DNA of 51,701 nucleotides from a virus: IMG/VR virus record IMGVR_UViG_3300045988_094113, positions 1 to 51,701 of that record; one strand, 5' to 3'. Shown piece by piece: positions 51,690 to 51,701 of this stretch (position 1 is its first letter; each line of letters starts with the position of its first letter). The notes under the pieces were generated by a model. It saw only the letters and a program-made list of their open reading frames with translations, ran no database searches and was not told where the DNA came from. The position numbers and the translations under genes were made by a program.

Positions 51690-51701
51690 ATAAAAAAAAA
51701 C
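51603..51701. repeat. Terminal direct repeat, right copy (identical to 1..99)
   Basis: Base-by-base identity. Confidence 0.95.

Noticed and set aside
1-51701. Genome-wide TGA reassignment (code 4 or 25) or a phage suppressor tRNA
   Set aside because: TGA ends many genes with tightly coupled restarts, for example ATGA overlaps at 22078, 49951 and 50671, and TGA followed by an immediate ATG at 4391/4393. The long late genes are intact under code 11. The two tRNAs read CAA/CAG and AUG, not UGA.

Overview
This window is the complete genome, about 51.6 kb, of a low-GC tailed dsDNA phage with siphovirus-type morphogenesis genes. It is a circularised assembly: bases 1-99 are identical to 51603-51701. 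A Firmicutes/Clostridia-like host is suggested by the ChW-repeat endolysin, GGAGG ribosome-binding sites and many TTGACA-17-TATAAT promoters. Every credible gene is on the + strand, and the minus-strand ORFs are shadows of + strand genes. I saw no integrase, repressor, CRISPR array or reverse transcriptase, so it looks virulent.

Layout:
- 114-6972: tail genes (chaperones, TP901-type tape measure, Dit, Tal-like protein, fibre).
- 7046-7711: a translationally coupled trio (membrane protein, an untracked 46-aa basic peptide, a sigma region-4-like HTH protein), followed by a strong terminator.
- 7831-10415: an orphan cassette of Q/N/G/C-rich proteins.
- 10.5-32.4 kb: early and replication region. 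It holds many small genes, each behind a near-consensus promoter with a shared A-rich GGA leader. Recognisable products are a J-domain protein, DnaG-type primase, gp32-like SSB, Pol III alpha, RecA-like ATPase, Cas4-like nuclease, RuvC, RNase H and a truncated MTase-like protein.
- 32461-32718: strong promoter, structured leader and strong terminator immediately before a putative small terminase.
- 33.2-37.6 kb: accessory island (MazG, ParB-nuclease, beta-class MTase, tRNA-Gln, tRNA-Met).
- 37748-39946: large terminase split by an 840-nt group I intron that carries an HNH endonuclease.
- 40016-43792: fibre-like gene plus lysis cassette, unusually placed between terminase and portal.
- 43922-51689: portal through major tail protein.

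Two genes (36262-36726 and 40561-41826) each carry a single in-frame TGA followed by about 100 further open codons.

Functional calls rest on motifs I can read in the translations. No database search was possible.
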